DNA of 64,000 nucleotides from Rhina ancylostomus. Taxonomy: Eukaryota. The DNA is taken from NCBI GenBank assembly GCA_030265395.1, contig JARFYF010000057.1, positions 10,599,349 to 10,663,348 on the forward strand. Direction: 5' to 3'. The notes under the pieces are model-generated. The model was not told the origin of the DNA, searched no databases, and saw only the letters and a program-made list of their open reading frames with translations. Of the stretch, positions 37,695 through 50,590 are shown piece by piece (the first letter of the stretch is position 1; every line of letters starts with the position of its first letter). The position numbers and the translations under genes were made by a program.

Positions 37695-37870
37695 TTGGTA
37701 AATTAGTTTATTATTGTCACATGTACCAAGGTACAGTGAAAAACTTGTCTTGCATACTGTTCATATAGATCAATTCATTACACAGTGCACTGAGGTAGTA
37801 CAAGGTAAAACAATAACAGAATGCAGAATAAAGTATTACAGTTACAGAGAATGTCCAGTGCTGGTAGACT
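37695..37870 (-). mobile_element. Rex1/Babar-type 3'UTR fragment
   Basis: tttattattgtcacatgtaccaaggtacagtgaaaaacttgtcttgcat...; a related sense copy lies at about 41800-41900. Confidence 0.65.
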
Positions 37871-38919
37871 CTACCTCTCTGACAGGTCTCCCAATTTAGA
37901 CACCAAACCCCAGATGCTTGTTGAGATAGTATTAACTTTTATGAAATTCACTCTTTGCGATCTATGATTCTGGAATCTACTGGCCCTTGCCACAGTAAGG
38001 GGTGCATAAGCAAGAACACTACATATCTACCTCAATACCTCTTCATGTGGAAAGTGAGTGGTGGCTGGCTGTCGAACCGGGAAGTGCACCACAGCTGGTC
38101 CAATCCACATGAACTCTACAGTAATGGTCACATGCGTGGGGACTTTGGCTGGGTTATCGTTTGCACTGATTGGAGTTTTGAAATGATTCTGGTTGAACTG
38201 ACCAGGGTCAAGAGCAGGGAATGTGTTTTTTGATATAAAATGATCAATAGAGGCTGGGGTATAAACAATGAGTGATGTACTCGGATTCGTGTCAAGTCCA
38301 AGTGTGAATGCTGAAATTTAATCTAAATGGGTACATTTCTCCATTCTTCCTGCTGCTCTGCTGTGTTTGCAGAAATCCATCTACTAAATTACGTGTAATT
38401 TAGTTCTGTCATTCAGGCTAGTTGATTTGGAATGAAAATCTGCAACAGAAAATAGCTCCTGAACTTTAATTTGAACATTTTTATGCAAAATTTTACACAG
38501 AACTGAAATAACAGAAGCAAACTGAGTTTTATTATGTGACAGTGGAATTTAAATACAATTTTCTGATGCTGTCGATTAGGATTGAATCATTCTGCCAATC
38601 AATTTTTTTTCAGTTGTCTGCAACATTCTAGAATGTAAACTGGAAACCAAAGTCTGATCTTCTTTAAAAATAGCAATCTATTTTTTAAGCAGTTGTGAAT
38701 TATTAATATTGTCATTGAGACTTTCAAAGAGTTGTCATGAGCAGCAGTACAAACATCAGAACTTGAGTATTGATCTTAGCCTCTGTTCCTTTCTGGTCTT
38801 GGTCCTGCTTCTTAAAAATTCTCATCCCTCATTTCACCTCTTCAACAGCAGTGAACCAAATTTGTCATTGAGGAACCAAAATGGGGGAAAAAACCTGCAA
38901 TGCTTGGATTTCAACCTGA

Positions 38920-39850
38920 CTCTGTGTGTGGGGGTGGAAATATTCTCTGGTTAATATAATCTCAGGACATTACTGCAGGAGGTCCTCAGAGAATTGTCCT
39001 TGACTCAAGCATCCTTGGCTATTTGATCAATGTCTCTCCTGTGACCTAAGGTAGAAAAGGGGTTATTCACTCAAATCCTGTGTTAATTCTATTCACAACA
39101 GCTCCAATAATGTAGAGCCCATTGCCAGTGTCAGACATCAAACAACATACATTCTTTTGCTTAAGTAGTAGTTAACAATTGTACAAGGTCGTGACCCTCC
39201 CCCATCAGTTGCACTACATTTGCTTGCTTGGGAGGGTGGGGTGGGGGTTGTTGGGGCATGATAGGGAGTGGACAAGGGCATCATTCACCCAAAGGATTAA
39301 CTGCATCAACACTCTGATTGCAAGTAAGACTGTGGCTTGGCAATACATGACAATTGAATTGCCATCAACCCTCTCAAAACATGCAGATTCTCAGCAAGGC
39401 TCGTTGGAAGTGTAATGGCAAATTCTGCACTCGTCTAGGCACGTGCAGCCACAAGAGCATTCAAGGCTCAGTATTACGTGAGAGGGAATAATTTGAGTTA
39501 ATGTTTCTGGCTCTGGACTCTCTTTCCACCCTTGATTGTAACCACACACAAGGGATGCAACAGCACTGCCCTCTGTCATAATCAGTTATTACTGACAAGA
39601 GGAAAAAAATCACTGCCATGACATTGCCATCCCCTTCAAAATCTCCTTCCACATTTTAAGGTCCATCTCAATGAGGACATTGTTATTGTTTGACTGTTGC
39701 TAGGTCAGTGTCCTGAAATTCTCCAATTTGTGGGAGCCTCAACAGTTCAAAGAGATAGCTCGCTATTACTTTCGTGGAGTTGGCAGTAAATATTACCTTG
39801 CCAGCATTATCCACACCCACAGGACAAACCTTTTGAGTTGATGGTTGGAT
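38920..39850 (+). mobile_element. Highly decayed CR1/L2-group LINE, interrupted by a minus-strand pLTR fragment near 39440-39530
   Basis: caggacattactgcaggaggtcctcag (DITAG.PQ) and a 3' tail similar to 22130-22280. Confidence 0.5.
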
Positions 39851-41799
39851 TGATCCCTTCGGCCTTTTTGGTGATGCTATCAAAATAAACTTCTCAGATT
39901 CACTAAGTGGTGCTGACATGTTAAATCAATGTATCAGCATCTTTTGCCTTGGCAGCTCTCAGCTTTAACCAGCAAAGCCTTGCAAACTCTTTGAGATGTT
40001 TGCAAGGTAACTGTGGTAGTAGATGCAAGGAGTTGGTAAAATTAGAAACAAAACAGATATTTGATTTTTTTTTTGCCACCCCTTCCTACTCCAAACTTGG
40101 AATTTGTTCCATTGGAACTTGCAGATTTGGTTCTTTACTTTCAATGACATGGCATAGAATTGGATGCAGACCATAATAATAGGGTTTGGTCATCATAAGT
40201 TGTTCCAAAACAACCTATAATGGTGACGAGAACTAAAGGCCTATATTAGCAATCACAAAGAAACCACGCACCTCCCACCTCCCTCACCATGCACCCTTTA
40301 TAATTTCACAGAAACAATGGCAGAATTGTGAAAAGGAAAATATTCTCCACTATTATGTCCTGCTTGTGGCCCACCTGCTACACGACAATCCACAACTGAT
40401 GTCCTCAAAACATTAACAAAGCCACAAAAGGCCTCCTGGTTGATGGACATTAGCCAATGCTGTCAAAAGGCCCTTTAAAGGTATAGAACCAGACAGATGG
40501 AAGCCTAGCAATCTTGCAATGCTGTGATCCTCCCATAAAGGAGTTGACAGTTTCTGTTTCTGAACAACCCAGTCATTTAGCTTTTGTCCTCCTTCCCAAT
40601 CTGAGAACCCTTTCACTATTTGAACTTCTCTGTAATACGAAACATTAGAATTTTAAATGTTGACAGCAATTTGTAGCCATTTATGTTATAGGGACACACT
40701 TGTTTCCTCACACAAAGTAGATTTCATGAAATGTGAGGATGTCCATAGAGCTTGTCATCTTCATCTTCCTTAGATAGTTACACTGGACCTTACAAGTCCT
40801 TCAACATTCAGCTGTTGGTCCCTATTATGGATAATGGACTTTCAAAGGGCCTCTTTAGCAGCCTGGTTAATGTTCATTGACCACGAGACCATTAGATGTT
40901 TGGTCAGTGTTGTGGTTTAGTAATTGGCTAGTTAAAATTATGTTAGATTTCTGTGAAGTTAAATATCACATGATCTCAGCATATTGTGACATAATGCTTA
41001 TCCAGTAATAATGGGACCTTTCAAAAATTACTAATGGTTTAAAATTCTTGCTGGAATTCCTTGAGGAACTACAATAAAAAGTGATAATGAAATAAAACAG
41101 AATCACAATGGCTACAGACTTTTGACTGTTTTTCGCAGCTTATCCAGTTGCTGATCTATAGCCTGAAATAACCATAACCTCAGTGCTAACTTTAATTACA
41201 TGTAGTGGCTTTAGATCAGAGTTTGGGAGCAAAGTAAATATTGGCCTAGAAGCTGATGTAAAATCTATGTTCAGGGGCCATTACTAGTGCATAAATATAA
41301 ACAAATCAGTAATTAGCAGTATGGAATAGATATACCTCATACCAGATATTGCAAGCTGAATGATACTGCTGCACCATTAACCTGCAAACATTGGAGTTCA
41401 CCTTCCCATGAGTTGACTTCCTGATGCGAATCAAGAAATTGCTTTGTTTGCACTGTAAATATAAATGAAACTCAATAGACATTTAGTGATAATATTTCAT
41501 GTTGTAAAGTTTCTGTTAACATGATTTTTGAGATCCCGACGTAAAACTCCATCTTGGAAGCCAAGGAAGTAAAAAGGTGAAATTCTAAAGTCTCATGCCT
41601 GCAGTTAGTAAGTTGCTAAGAGTTTTTTTTCTAGTTCACTCTCACTCTCCATTCTTTATAAATTTTACGTAACTGTTGCTATCCTGTTTTTCTTTTCAAT
41701 TACTTTATCTATACTCAAATTTCAATAGATTCTCTGGTCTACCTCCTTAACCAATGTTCATGAAGGCCAAGATATCCTACTGACTTCATTGTCAAACCA

Positions 41800-41900
41800 T
41801 ATCAGTGCACTGTTGTAATGAAATGATCTGTATGTACGACATGCAAAACAAAGTTTTTCTCTGTACCTTGGTACATGTGACATTAATAAACCAATTTATC
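41800..41900 (+). mobile_element. Rex1/Babar-type 3' tail fragment
   Basis: atgatctgtatgtacgacatgcaaaacaaagtttttctctgtaccttggtacatgtgacattaataaaccaattt. Confidence 0.6.
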
Positions 41901-43356
41901 AATATCCTAGTAGCATGCAATTTAAATATAATACATTTTGAGGAGTGAAGAAAAATACCCAATTCATGGAGTTCACCATGAGGTACATACTCTAACAGTT
42001 TCTGGGCCATTGTGTTTTCCAATTATTAATGGTCCTGTCCTTAATAATCCTCTGCCATAGTCTTTAGAAATCCATGGGAGGTTCATTCTTGGCTTATTTA
42101 ACATTTCAAACATATTCCTATTGCCATTTTCCAGCCAAATACAATGACAGGTTGATTTATTAGGAATCTTTTTGATCTGGAAAAAGAAATTAACACAATT
42201 TCTCTCACAATGAGCAATTAAAACATGATTGATCCAAGGAACCAATAAAACTTGATCTTAAAGTTGATGAACATGTGCTCTGCTTGGGCTCAGTAGTAGA
42301 ATAATGCCCCTGCTGTTCTAACACTGCATATTATCCAAACATTGCTTTCAAAGATCGGATAATCTTTTCCTGGGTCTAGACAACATGTGGCCCAAGGTGG
42401 TTGCCTTTTTACTGTTCTCTGAAGTAGCTGAAGAGTTGTATCAAACCTCTCAGTGGCATAGGCAGTAAACATGGGCCTTGTCAACAGGGCTCACACCCTA
42501 CAAATTGCATTTTTAAATCTGATGGGTATTTCTCCTATTGACTAGCTCAGTGTTGAATTACGTATTCCTGCCATTTGTTATCATGACTCTGTGCAGATGG
42601 AAGTCTGCCTCTGTTGGCTTTGAGCCAGCTCTGATGTTTTCTGTAGAAAAATAACATGCATGAAGTCAAATATTAGTTGGCTGAGACCAAAACTGATTTT
42701 AAAATCTAAATACGTGGAAGCAAATAAATAGCCGAGGAGAGTGAAATCCCAGGAAAGTATGACGGAGTGGAAGATTTTAGGTCTTCAGGGAGGAAGGCAA
42801 AAGTGTGCTTAGGATGGAATATTGGCACTTAAAATCAAGAAAGGAAAGTTCATAGGGGCAAAGCTCATAAATGTTTCATCATTTGCAGGAGCACAGTTAC
42901 CAGGCATGATTGAATTGAGAATTATCCAATCATCACCACCTTGGCTGACTTTGGTTATTGGCATTATATGCAGCCATGATAAAATAAAGATGGGGACTAC
43001 TAAAGGCAGAAGAGGGATCATATCAGACAATAAAGCACCTTGTACACAATCCAGCAACGCAACAAAAGAATTTATAGAATTGGTAATGATATGTAAATAA
43101 TATTAAAATCTTTGGTATGCATTATTTTAAAAATTATCATGTAATGTCTAACCTAACCATTAATTAATTATTGCTTTTTCTTTCCCCCACAGGCCTCATG
43201 AAACAGTCATTGTTTCAGATTTGTTTCATGCAGGCTTGCCATCAATAGGATTGACTACTGTGTCATTAACAAGGCCTCCAGAATAATATAAAGAAATAAA
43301 TAATTTTAGGTCAGCATACATAATCAGGAACTAATTTACCTTTGATTTGTCATTAG

Positions 43357-43478
43357 GTCTGCCACTACAGGAGTACTTAGAGAAGAATCAGACCCTGTCC
43401 CAGTTCCTCACGAACAATGCATCACTTCCTAAAGAGGTGGTTAATGACTTGATGACAGCAAAGATAAATCTTGAGCAG
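43357..43478 (+). CDS. ABCA7: ABCA7-like exon 6: (G)LPLQEYLEKNQTLSQFLTNNASLPKEVVNDLMTAKINLEQ
   Basis: tttgtcattag| acceptor and CAG|gtaatc donor; 122 nt; aligns with ABCA1 [29 protein letters not shown]. Confidence 0.9.
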
Positions 43479-44706
43479 GTAATCCACAGGAGGATGTGGC
43501 GATCCTAGCAGAAAGATAGTATTGAGTTGATCAACTAATATATGGAGGCTATGGTTTGTTACAGTGAATAGAGCAGAGCTTGTGGTGTTGCTTCTATTGA
43601 TCACTATTGGGACTGAGTAAATCAGGCTGAGAAGACCCCAATTTCATTTGATCAGGAAGATAATTTTGGAAGGACTGGGAGTTGTGTGCTTTGCTTGAAG
43701 AGAATAAATTCAAGATTCCTGTTCTTGATCGCTACCAATAAAGTCCCAATTAATAAAAACAAAAGCTGTACTATAGTAGATATGGAACTTAACTGAGTCC
43801 AGCTTTCCAGGATAGAATGACATCCCAATATCCTTTATCTAAAGCAATAAAGGAATAACAACCTCTTAACTATGGGATAAGAGGGGCCTATGGAATATCC
43901 TGGGCTCCATTTGTATTAGAGTCAATAGTCCAGAAATTCTGCTGGATTTCACCCTCATCTCCATTGTAACTTTGATGGGAGATTGACATGCTCCCACAGA
44001 AATAACTTTACAGTAAGCCACTGCAAGAATTTCAGAGCTCATGCTTTTGGAATAAAATGTGGGAATGAGGTGGTGACACATGGAAAGCTCTGGTATACTA
44101 GATGTTGGGTTTAATTTGCAAGTTTTTTTGACATGAGTATTTGCATTTTGTGGTGCCTCTTTTGGGTTCTTCTGCATCAAGCATAACATCATTGGTGTTT
44201 AAGTCCATTTCTCTGTTCATGCTGTTCCCTGATATTTTATTAAGGGCCATTGTTTCAAACAGACTCTCGTCTGACAACCATTTGTGGAAGCTCTGTGACA
44301 TGCAGTGAAGGGTACTGGGTGTGTTACTGTGATGCCTCACATGACTGAATTGGACATTTACAGTGTGCATTTATATCAAAATGTCACCTATTTGACCTAA
44401 GAAATCGTGCTGTTCAAACGGGTTATTCAAAAGTAAAGAAAGTTTCCTGCTAGGTAATCAGTTAACATTCACTTATTGATAGTTCTGGGACAGTAAGTAC
44501 CAATAAGTGGTTGTCAACTGATTGCCAAGAGGAAGTAAGAATTAAGCAATTGGGCAATTACAGAAATAGAGCTAAAATTGGGATTAAATGTAATCGGAAT
44601 TGGTCATTTATATTGCAGACAAGAAAACTGGAATGAGGATTTGCTACTATTTGGCTTCCTTGTAGAGGGATTTAACTTTAGTCTACCTGTGTTTGGATTT
44701 TTGTAG

Positions 44707-44901
44707 ATATCCCTTGCTGGTCTAGGGGGAAGTTTAAAGGAGATTGTTTGCAACATATCCTATCACTCCAGTTTCCTAACTGTGAAGAACAAGAGGGCCT
44801 TCAACCGTTTGCACAAGAATCTGTGTGCCTTACCAGAGGAGACACTGCAAAAAGCAGCAACTATTTTCTTCTCAGAAATCAACTTCTCTAAACTCTTGGC
44901 G
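44707..44901 (+). CDS. ABCA7: ABCA7-like exon 7: ISLAGLGGSLKEIVCNISYHSSFLTVKNKRAFNRLHKNLCALPEETLQKAATIFFSEINFSKLLA
   Basis: atttttgtag| acceptor and GCG|gtcagt donor; 195 nt open frame; its two Cys match ABCA1 LCN...LCGLPREKL. Confidence 0.88.
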
Positions 44902-45113
44902 GTCAGTTTGTTTCCACTTTTCAGTAATCTGGTTGGCATGATTGAGTGTTAACTTACCTATATATGATAAATTCACTTAGAGCCTGATTATACAGAACTG
45001 ACTTGGGAGTTGTTTAATATATCTTGTATTGCATAGCTCCAGCTTTTATTCTCAGACTTACTTTGGGCAACAACATAGGATAGCCAAGAATACACAAGGT
45101 CACTTTTTAAATA

Positions 45114-45325
45114 CAGGAAGTCCCAGACTTATGAACGCCCAACTTACGAATGCCCATACTTATGAACCGACCTTCATGGCCAAGTGCATATGTGCAGCTG
45201 GGGCCATGCATGGCCATGATTCCCGGGCCAAGTGCGAATGCACGGACACTATTCCGAGTTGCATACAAAATCGGGTTACAAATAGTCTCAAAAATGGAAC
45301 TCGTTTGTAACCTGGGGACTTCCTG
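45114..45325. mobile_element. Complete Tigger/pogo-type MITE, 212 bp, TA target-site duplication
   Basis: TA|caggaagtcccagacttatgaac ... tttgtaacctggggacttcctg|TA; the terminal 11 bp are a perfect inverted repeat; three subterminal actta(t/c)gaa repeats. Confidence 0.88.
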
Positions 45326-45850
45326 TATACATTCTAATACTCATTGATAAAGTTGTTGTAGCATACTAATTCCATCTGGTTAAGGTGAGCTTGAAAGTAC
45401 CTTGATTAACATCTTTCCAAAGGGTCACACCTCTAACATTACAGCATTCCTTCAGCACAGCACTGGATGGCAAACTGGACAAGTCCTGTGATTCAAAACC
45501 ACACCTATGTTACTTATAATACAAAGTGTTAAGTATATAAGTTTTATTACCCATTGATTGTTGTTTCTGATTGACCCAATATAGTTGTGACTTTCAACAA
45601 TTGTTTCCTCCACATATAAAGGGACTATTTTAATGAAGTTTGCCAGGAGGGTAAGAAATGCACTCCTATGAATGGTTTACCATTTACAAAACAGTCAAAA
45701 CAGTAATGCCAAAATATATTGCATTTCACCTGGTGTTGTTGTGCATAATCTTAAGATGATCAGAACATAGTGAGAGACAAATGTTATTTACTTTCACTTT
45801 ATGGTGTAATGGGTACATTTACCTGCCTCTTATCTGATGTTTCTCTGCAG

Positions 45851-45940
45851 GAGAGGGTTACATTTAGTGCTGGGAACATACTTGATGTATCTAATGCTTT
45901 GAACGATATTATACACCTAATTGGATCTCTTGTTCAACAG
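45851..45940 (+). CDS. ABCA7: ABCA7-like exon 8: ERVTFSAGNILDVSNALNDIIHLIGSLVQQ
   Basis: tttctctgcag| acceptor and CAG|gtaagc donor; 90 nt, phase 0/0; its end resembles ABCA1 LLHSLGTLAQE. Confidence 0.85.
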
Positions 45941-48339
45941 GTAAGCTGAATATGACACCAATGACTAAAGAACAACAGTTAAGTAATACTTTAGAGGCCG
46001 AGAAATAGTTTGGGACATACAGATGCCATGAAAGCATTAAGAAAAATAGATGTCATTTGATATATTTCTCTTTCTGTTGTTCTCTTTGTATGCATGTCTT
46101 TCTCTTGTGTTCTTTGTTATTCATTTTTTCTCAGATGTCTCATGAATTTTACCCATTTAACCTGCTTTTCTGGGAGTGTACAAAGATTTGATGGCTCACC
46201 AGTAGAGCAATTTGGACATCTCCCAAGCCCTAATGCAGACATACATTAATGATGTGTCCTCTTTGTAATTCCATCATTTAGCCTTCCTTTTAGTATCCAC
46301 TTGCCATAAGCTTAACTTTCCAGACACCCCTATCTGGATTCAGCACTTGTGGCATAAATTCTGTTTCTCTTTAGCTGTTGCTGGTAATAGAAAGCTAATA
46401 ATAAAAATTTAAAAAGTAATAGGAGATATTGGATGGGGATATTGTGGTAAAGTGGTGTAATGGTTATGTTACCAAAACAGGAACCATAAATTTGGATTCC
46501 AGAGAGAGTTTGAGATTTTGAATTTGGTTCAAAACAATAAATTAAACTGGAATATAAAAGCAGGTATCAGTAAAAGAGACTGACAAGTACATCACACACC
46601 AGTACCAAACCCCAGCTGTTTCATTAATATCCCTTTGAGGGAAGAAAATCTGCTGTCCTTAAATTGGGCTGTATGTTACTTCAGTCCCAGAACAATGCAT
46701 TTGATCTTAAACCTTTTATTTATGTAGTCATTCAAGAAGACCCATTACCACCTTCTCAGGGCACCTTAGAATGGCCAGTAAATACCTCTATTGCCTGCAT
46801 TACAAGAATGAATTAAGCAGAGGTTGTGCATATGCACGGCAGCTGCTGGGCTTGCTCAGTGATGTCAGACAGCAAACAACACACCTTGATAATACTAGTG
46901 GAAAACAGTTGTACAACATTTTGGATGAGATTGTATCACTGCTGGAATACATGGACAGTACAATTGTTACAACCCAGCAGTTTGCTACCTTGAGGGGACA
47001 GGATGCAACCATTTTGTAGGTGGGACACATCCAATGTGCATGGCAAAAATAAAGTTGAAGGTAACACATTATGCCCATATTACAAAAGATTTAAATGTCC
47101 AGAAAGACTTGTTTTTTGGGAATGTAAATAGTGTAAGGAGCATTGCAAGAATCCACCAGTAACTCCTGTTTGCCCTGGTCAAGGGAAATGTGGGGATTTT
47201 GCAGGTCATTTTGTGGGGAAAAGTGATCATGATCAAAGTAAATGTAGAATCTAAATGAATGGAAGCAGTTCCTACAGATATGTGTACAGCTCAGTGCTGT
47301 CACTTCACACCTTCTTCCAGGGTTGTCTGTGATGTGCAATGAAAACAACTTTATCAGCGTTGAATTTATCAAATTCCTCAGCAGGAATGGAATCCAGCGT
47401 GTTCCCATGGCTCCATGTCATCCAGCTTCAACTATTTTGCTGGAAAAGTAGTTCATCCAGTGAAAGATGTACGTAACAAGATGAGAGGAGGTGAAGTTGA
47501 GATAAAGATTGCATACTTCCTTTCCTCGTGCATTATACACCATACACAGCTATAGGACAGACACTAAAAAGTTAGTGATGTGCCAGAACACAGTTGTGTT
47601 TGGTGAAGTCAGAATTAGTGCTATTGTTTGTTTAAAATGGGTGCAGCAGAATCTCATGATCACCACTTCAGAGTAAATGATCCTGTGTTTATACAAGGCA
47701 TCATACAAGTAATCTGATTTTCAGCCTTTGACACTAATTGTACTGGACCAGTTTCACTTGCAGAGTAATCACTACCTCAGATGTCATACATCACATTCAT
47801 CAGCTCAGTCACAAGAGTATGTGCTGGGAGAATTTCCGTGCCTACTGCACTCAGTATAGCAAAGGACATTCCTCAAACGTGACACTATCATCAACTGGTG
47901 AAGTTGCAGCACAACCTGGGCAAGAAATCTACTGGGTAGATTAAAAATTGTGAATACAGAAAGCATTCATTGTGAAGGGAAAAATAATCCCTTTCGAATG
48001 ATGATGATTAATCAGGCCAGTCTTGCAGGTTTATTGGTTTTATAGATTATTGTTAACATGCTTAATGACTTTTGACCACTTTATACATTTATTAGGTTGA
48101 GGAGAGGAAAAAGCTGTAATAACCTGGGAATGTTGTTTCACTGAACTAAATTTGGACAAGCATCAGCCAGTGCTTGGAGAATTCAATAATGAAAAAATGT
48201 GACATCTCACATAGTTTGCATTTTAGATCATCCCACAACACTGCATTCTTTCCATGAATGTTTAGATCAATGGAGTGATAACATTACCATGTTCTCCTGC
48301 CACCCAACTTTGCCACCACCACCAGTCTACTTCTAACTG

Positions 48340-48565
48340 ATTTGCTCCATTCTGATGAAAGGGCAACCGCCTGAAACAGTAACAGTTTCTCTCGCTGCAG
48401 ATGCTGCCTTGTCTNNNNNNNNNNNNNNNNNNNNNNNNNNNNNNNNNNNNNNNNNNNNNNNNNNNNNNNNNNNNNNNNNNNNNNNNNNNNNNNNNNNNNN
48501 NNNNNNNNNNNNNNGTCTTATGAATATCTCTAGCAGTTTCTGCTTTATTTCAGATACCCTCCGCA
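48340..48565 (+). mobile_element. Penelope pLTR fragment carrying a hammerhead-ribozyme-like core; spans a gap
   Basis: ttCTGATGAaagggcaaccgcctGAAAcagtaacagtttctctc..cagatgctgcc, and after the gap tagcagtttctgctttatttcagat. Confidence 0.65.
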
Positions 48566-49614
48566 AGCTCTGTAATGATGGGAGCTTGTGACTGAGAAAC
48601 CTCTCCACAGCTTTAAATGTGGAGGGCAGTTCTGTTGCATGCAATACCTTATGTTAGAATACTGCTGCTGGGGGACCTTGAACAAAACTAATGAACCGCA
48701 GCCAGGTGCTACTTTTGATACAATTTCTCAGGCCTGCTACAATTTCTAGCCCACTGTACAAGTGTTGGTTGTTGTTTCTGAAAGTTTATCTGTGTTCCAG
48801 TCTGGGTTTGGTTCACCATGTTATATATGGCACAACATTAAGCTTCAGTCCAAGGCCATAAGCCAAAGCAATTCCTTAAGCAGAATTCAGCCGGCATTTC
48901 TGATAGTAATTCTTGCAGAACATTATGGTTGACAACGTGATTCCATTGATCTCTAAAATGTGCTGCGAACTTAAAGCCCTCTGGCAGTTTCACATTCCAA
49001 GAACGGTTATGCAGGAGAGGCACTGGAGGCAGCCCATAATCATTGAAATTGTCCATTGAGGGAGCAGGAAGAAGGCTGGTAAACTAAAGCTTTTTTTTAA
49101 CAGGCTGATTGAGTTCATCTTTTTGAGGCTTGTTTTTGTTTGGTAAGGTTATTGTTTATTTCCTTTCCGCATTATCAAGACTTGCTATTAGCCTGTGGTT
49201 TAACATTAGTATCCTGTCCTGACCAGTGTGTAATGCCCAAAGTAGCCATTCGTAACTTGATGAGATTAGTTTTTGTGACTACAACGTTACAGTTTGATGA
49301 ATTTATTTCCCTTTTGTCCATAATTTTCATGGGGTGTTGGAGCAGAGATTGCAGACATTGAAAAGACTTTAGTGACCCTCTTAAGAAAAGGTTCTTTTGG
49401 AAAAGGATGTATGAAGGCATTGTTTTGTATTTAATCCGCTTTCAACACATTCTCTCTTTGCCCAGAAGATTGGAAAGAATTGCACTGTTACTCAATTCCT
49501 TTCAGCATAATAAAATCACATTAGAAAATCGTAGTAGCTAAACAGGATCTGCATTCCTCTAATTGTTGATTTTTGAAAAGGATTGTTCAGATATTTCTCA
49601 TATTTCCTTATGAC

Positions 49615-49900
49615 CTTGAAACAGGCCCTACAGCACAGATGTCTATACCAGCTCCAAAAGTATTGTCATCAGTTGCATTCACCCATATTTCCCTGCACCC
49701 CATTCTGTCTCACATGCTTATCAATCCGCTCTGATCCTCCTACACTATAGGTGATTTATAGTAGGTAAGTTACTTACCAACTCGCATGTTTTTGGGATGC
49801 TGGAGGAAACCAGAGGACCTGGGGGAAACCCACACAGTCAGCACCAGCGGTCAGGCTCAAACCTGTGATCATTGCAGCTGTGAGCTTCTGCTCCACTGTG
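49615..49900 (-). mobile_element. HE1-like V-SINE, degenerate
   Basis: tttgggatgctggaggaaaccagaggacctgggggaaacccacacagtca is the reverse V-domain; CR1-like tail acaggccct. Confidence 0.7.
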
Positions 49901-50389
49901 TCATCAAAGTGATTTTGACTGATATCTATATTTAGGTGTTGTTATCATGATAGCCTGACTGAGATCTAATCCAAGATTATTAACACGCCCATCACTCATG
50001 ATCTGTAAGCCATCATTCATCACTGATACTGGCAGCAAGAGGAGATGGGTAACGAGATTTGCTGTTTAAATTATGTGAATGGCTCTGTGCCATACTACAC
50101 TGAAATCATCAGCACATTCAGAACATGAGTATCTTTAAAGCATAAAAATATAAATGCACCCCTCAGTTTCCAGAGATTTTTAAAAAAAATTCCTGGTGAT
50201 TTCAGGACAATCCTGAAAGATTGGAACCCTGCTTTCAAAGGTGCATTCCATGGGCACATAATGATTACATGTAGCAATATGTTTATTGAAATTCAGATAG
50301 TTTCACCCAATGTCTCTAAATGATTAGTGGTTCTTATGAATGTTGCGTGATTTATAAACTACAAGGAAGGTGCACCAACATCTTTATTT

Positions 50390-50590
50390 TCTTAGAAGGT
50401 TAAGGGAGGTTTTGCACTCTAATGAACTCCTACAGGTGTACTGCTGAAAGTATCCTGACTGGTTTCATCATGGCCTGGTATGGCAATTTGAATGCACAGG
50501 AATGTAAGAAGCTGCAGAGAATAGTGGACTTGCATACATACAGTACTGTGCATACATGTACTTGTGCATATGACAATAAACTAGACTTTG
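50390..50590 (+). mobile_element. Rex1/Babar LINE 3' fragment with an internal deletion
   Basis: NSYRCTAESILTGFIMAWYGNLNAQECKKLQRIVD (ORF 50422..50610) is the Rex1/Babar RT C-terminus, joined directly to the tail gcatatgacaataaact. Confidence 0.85.
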
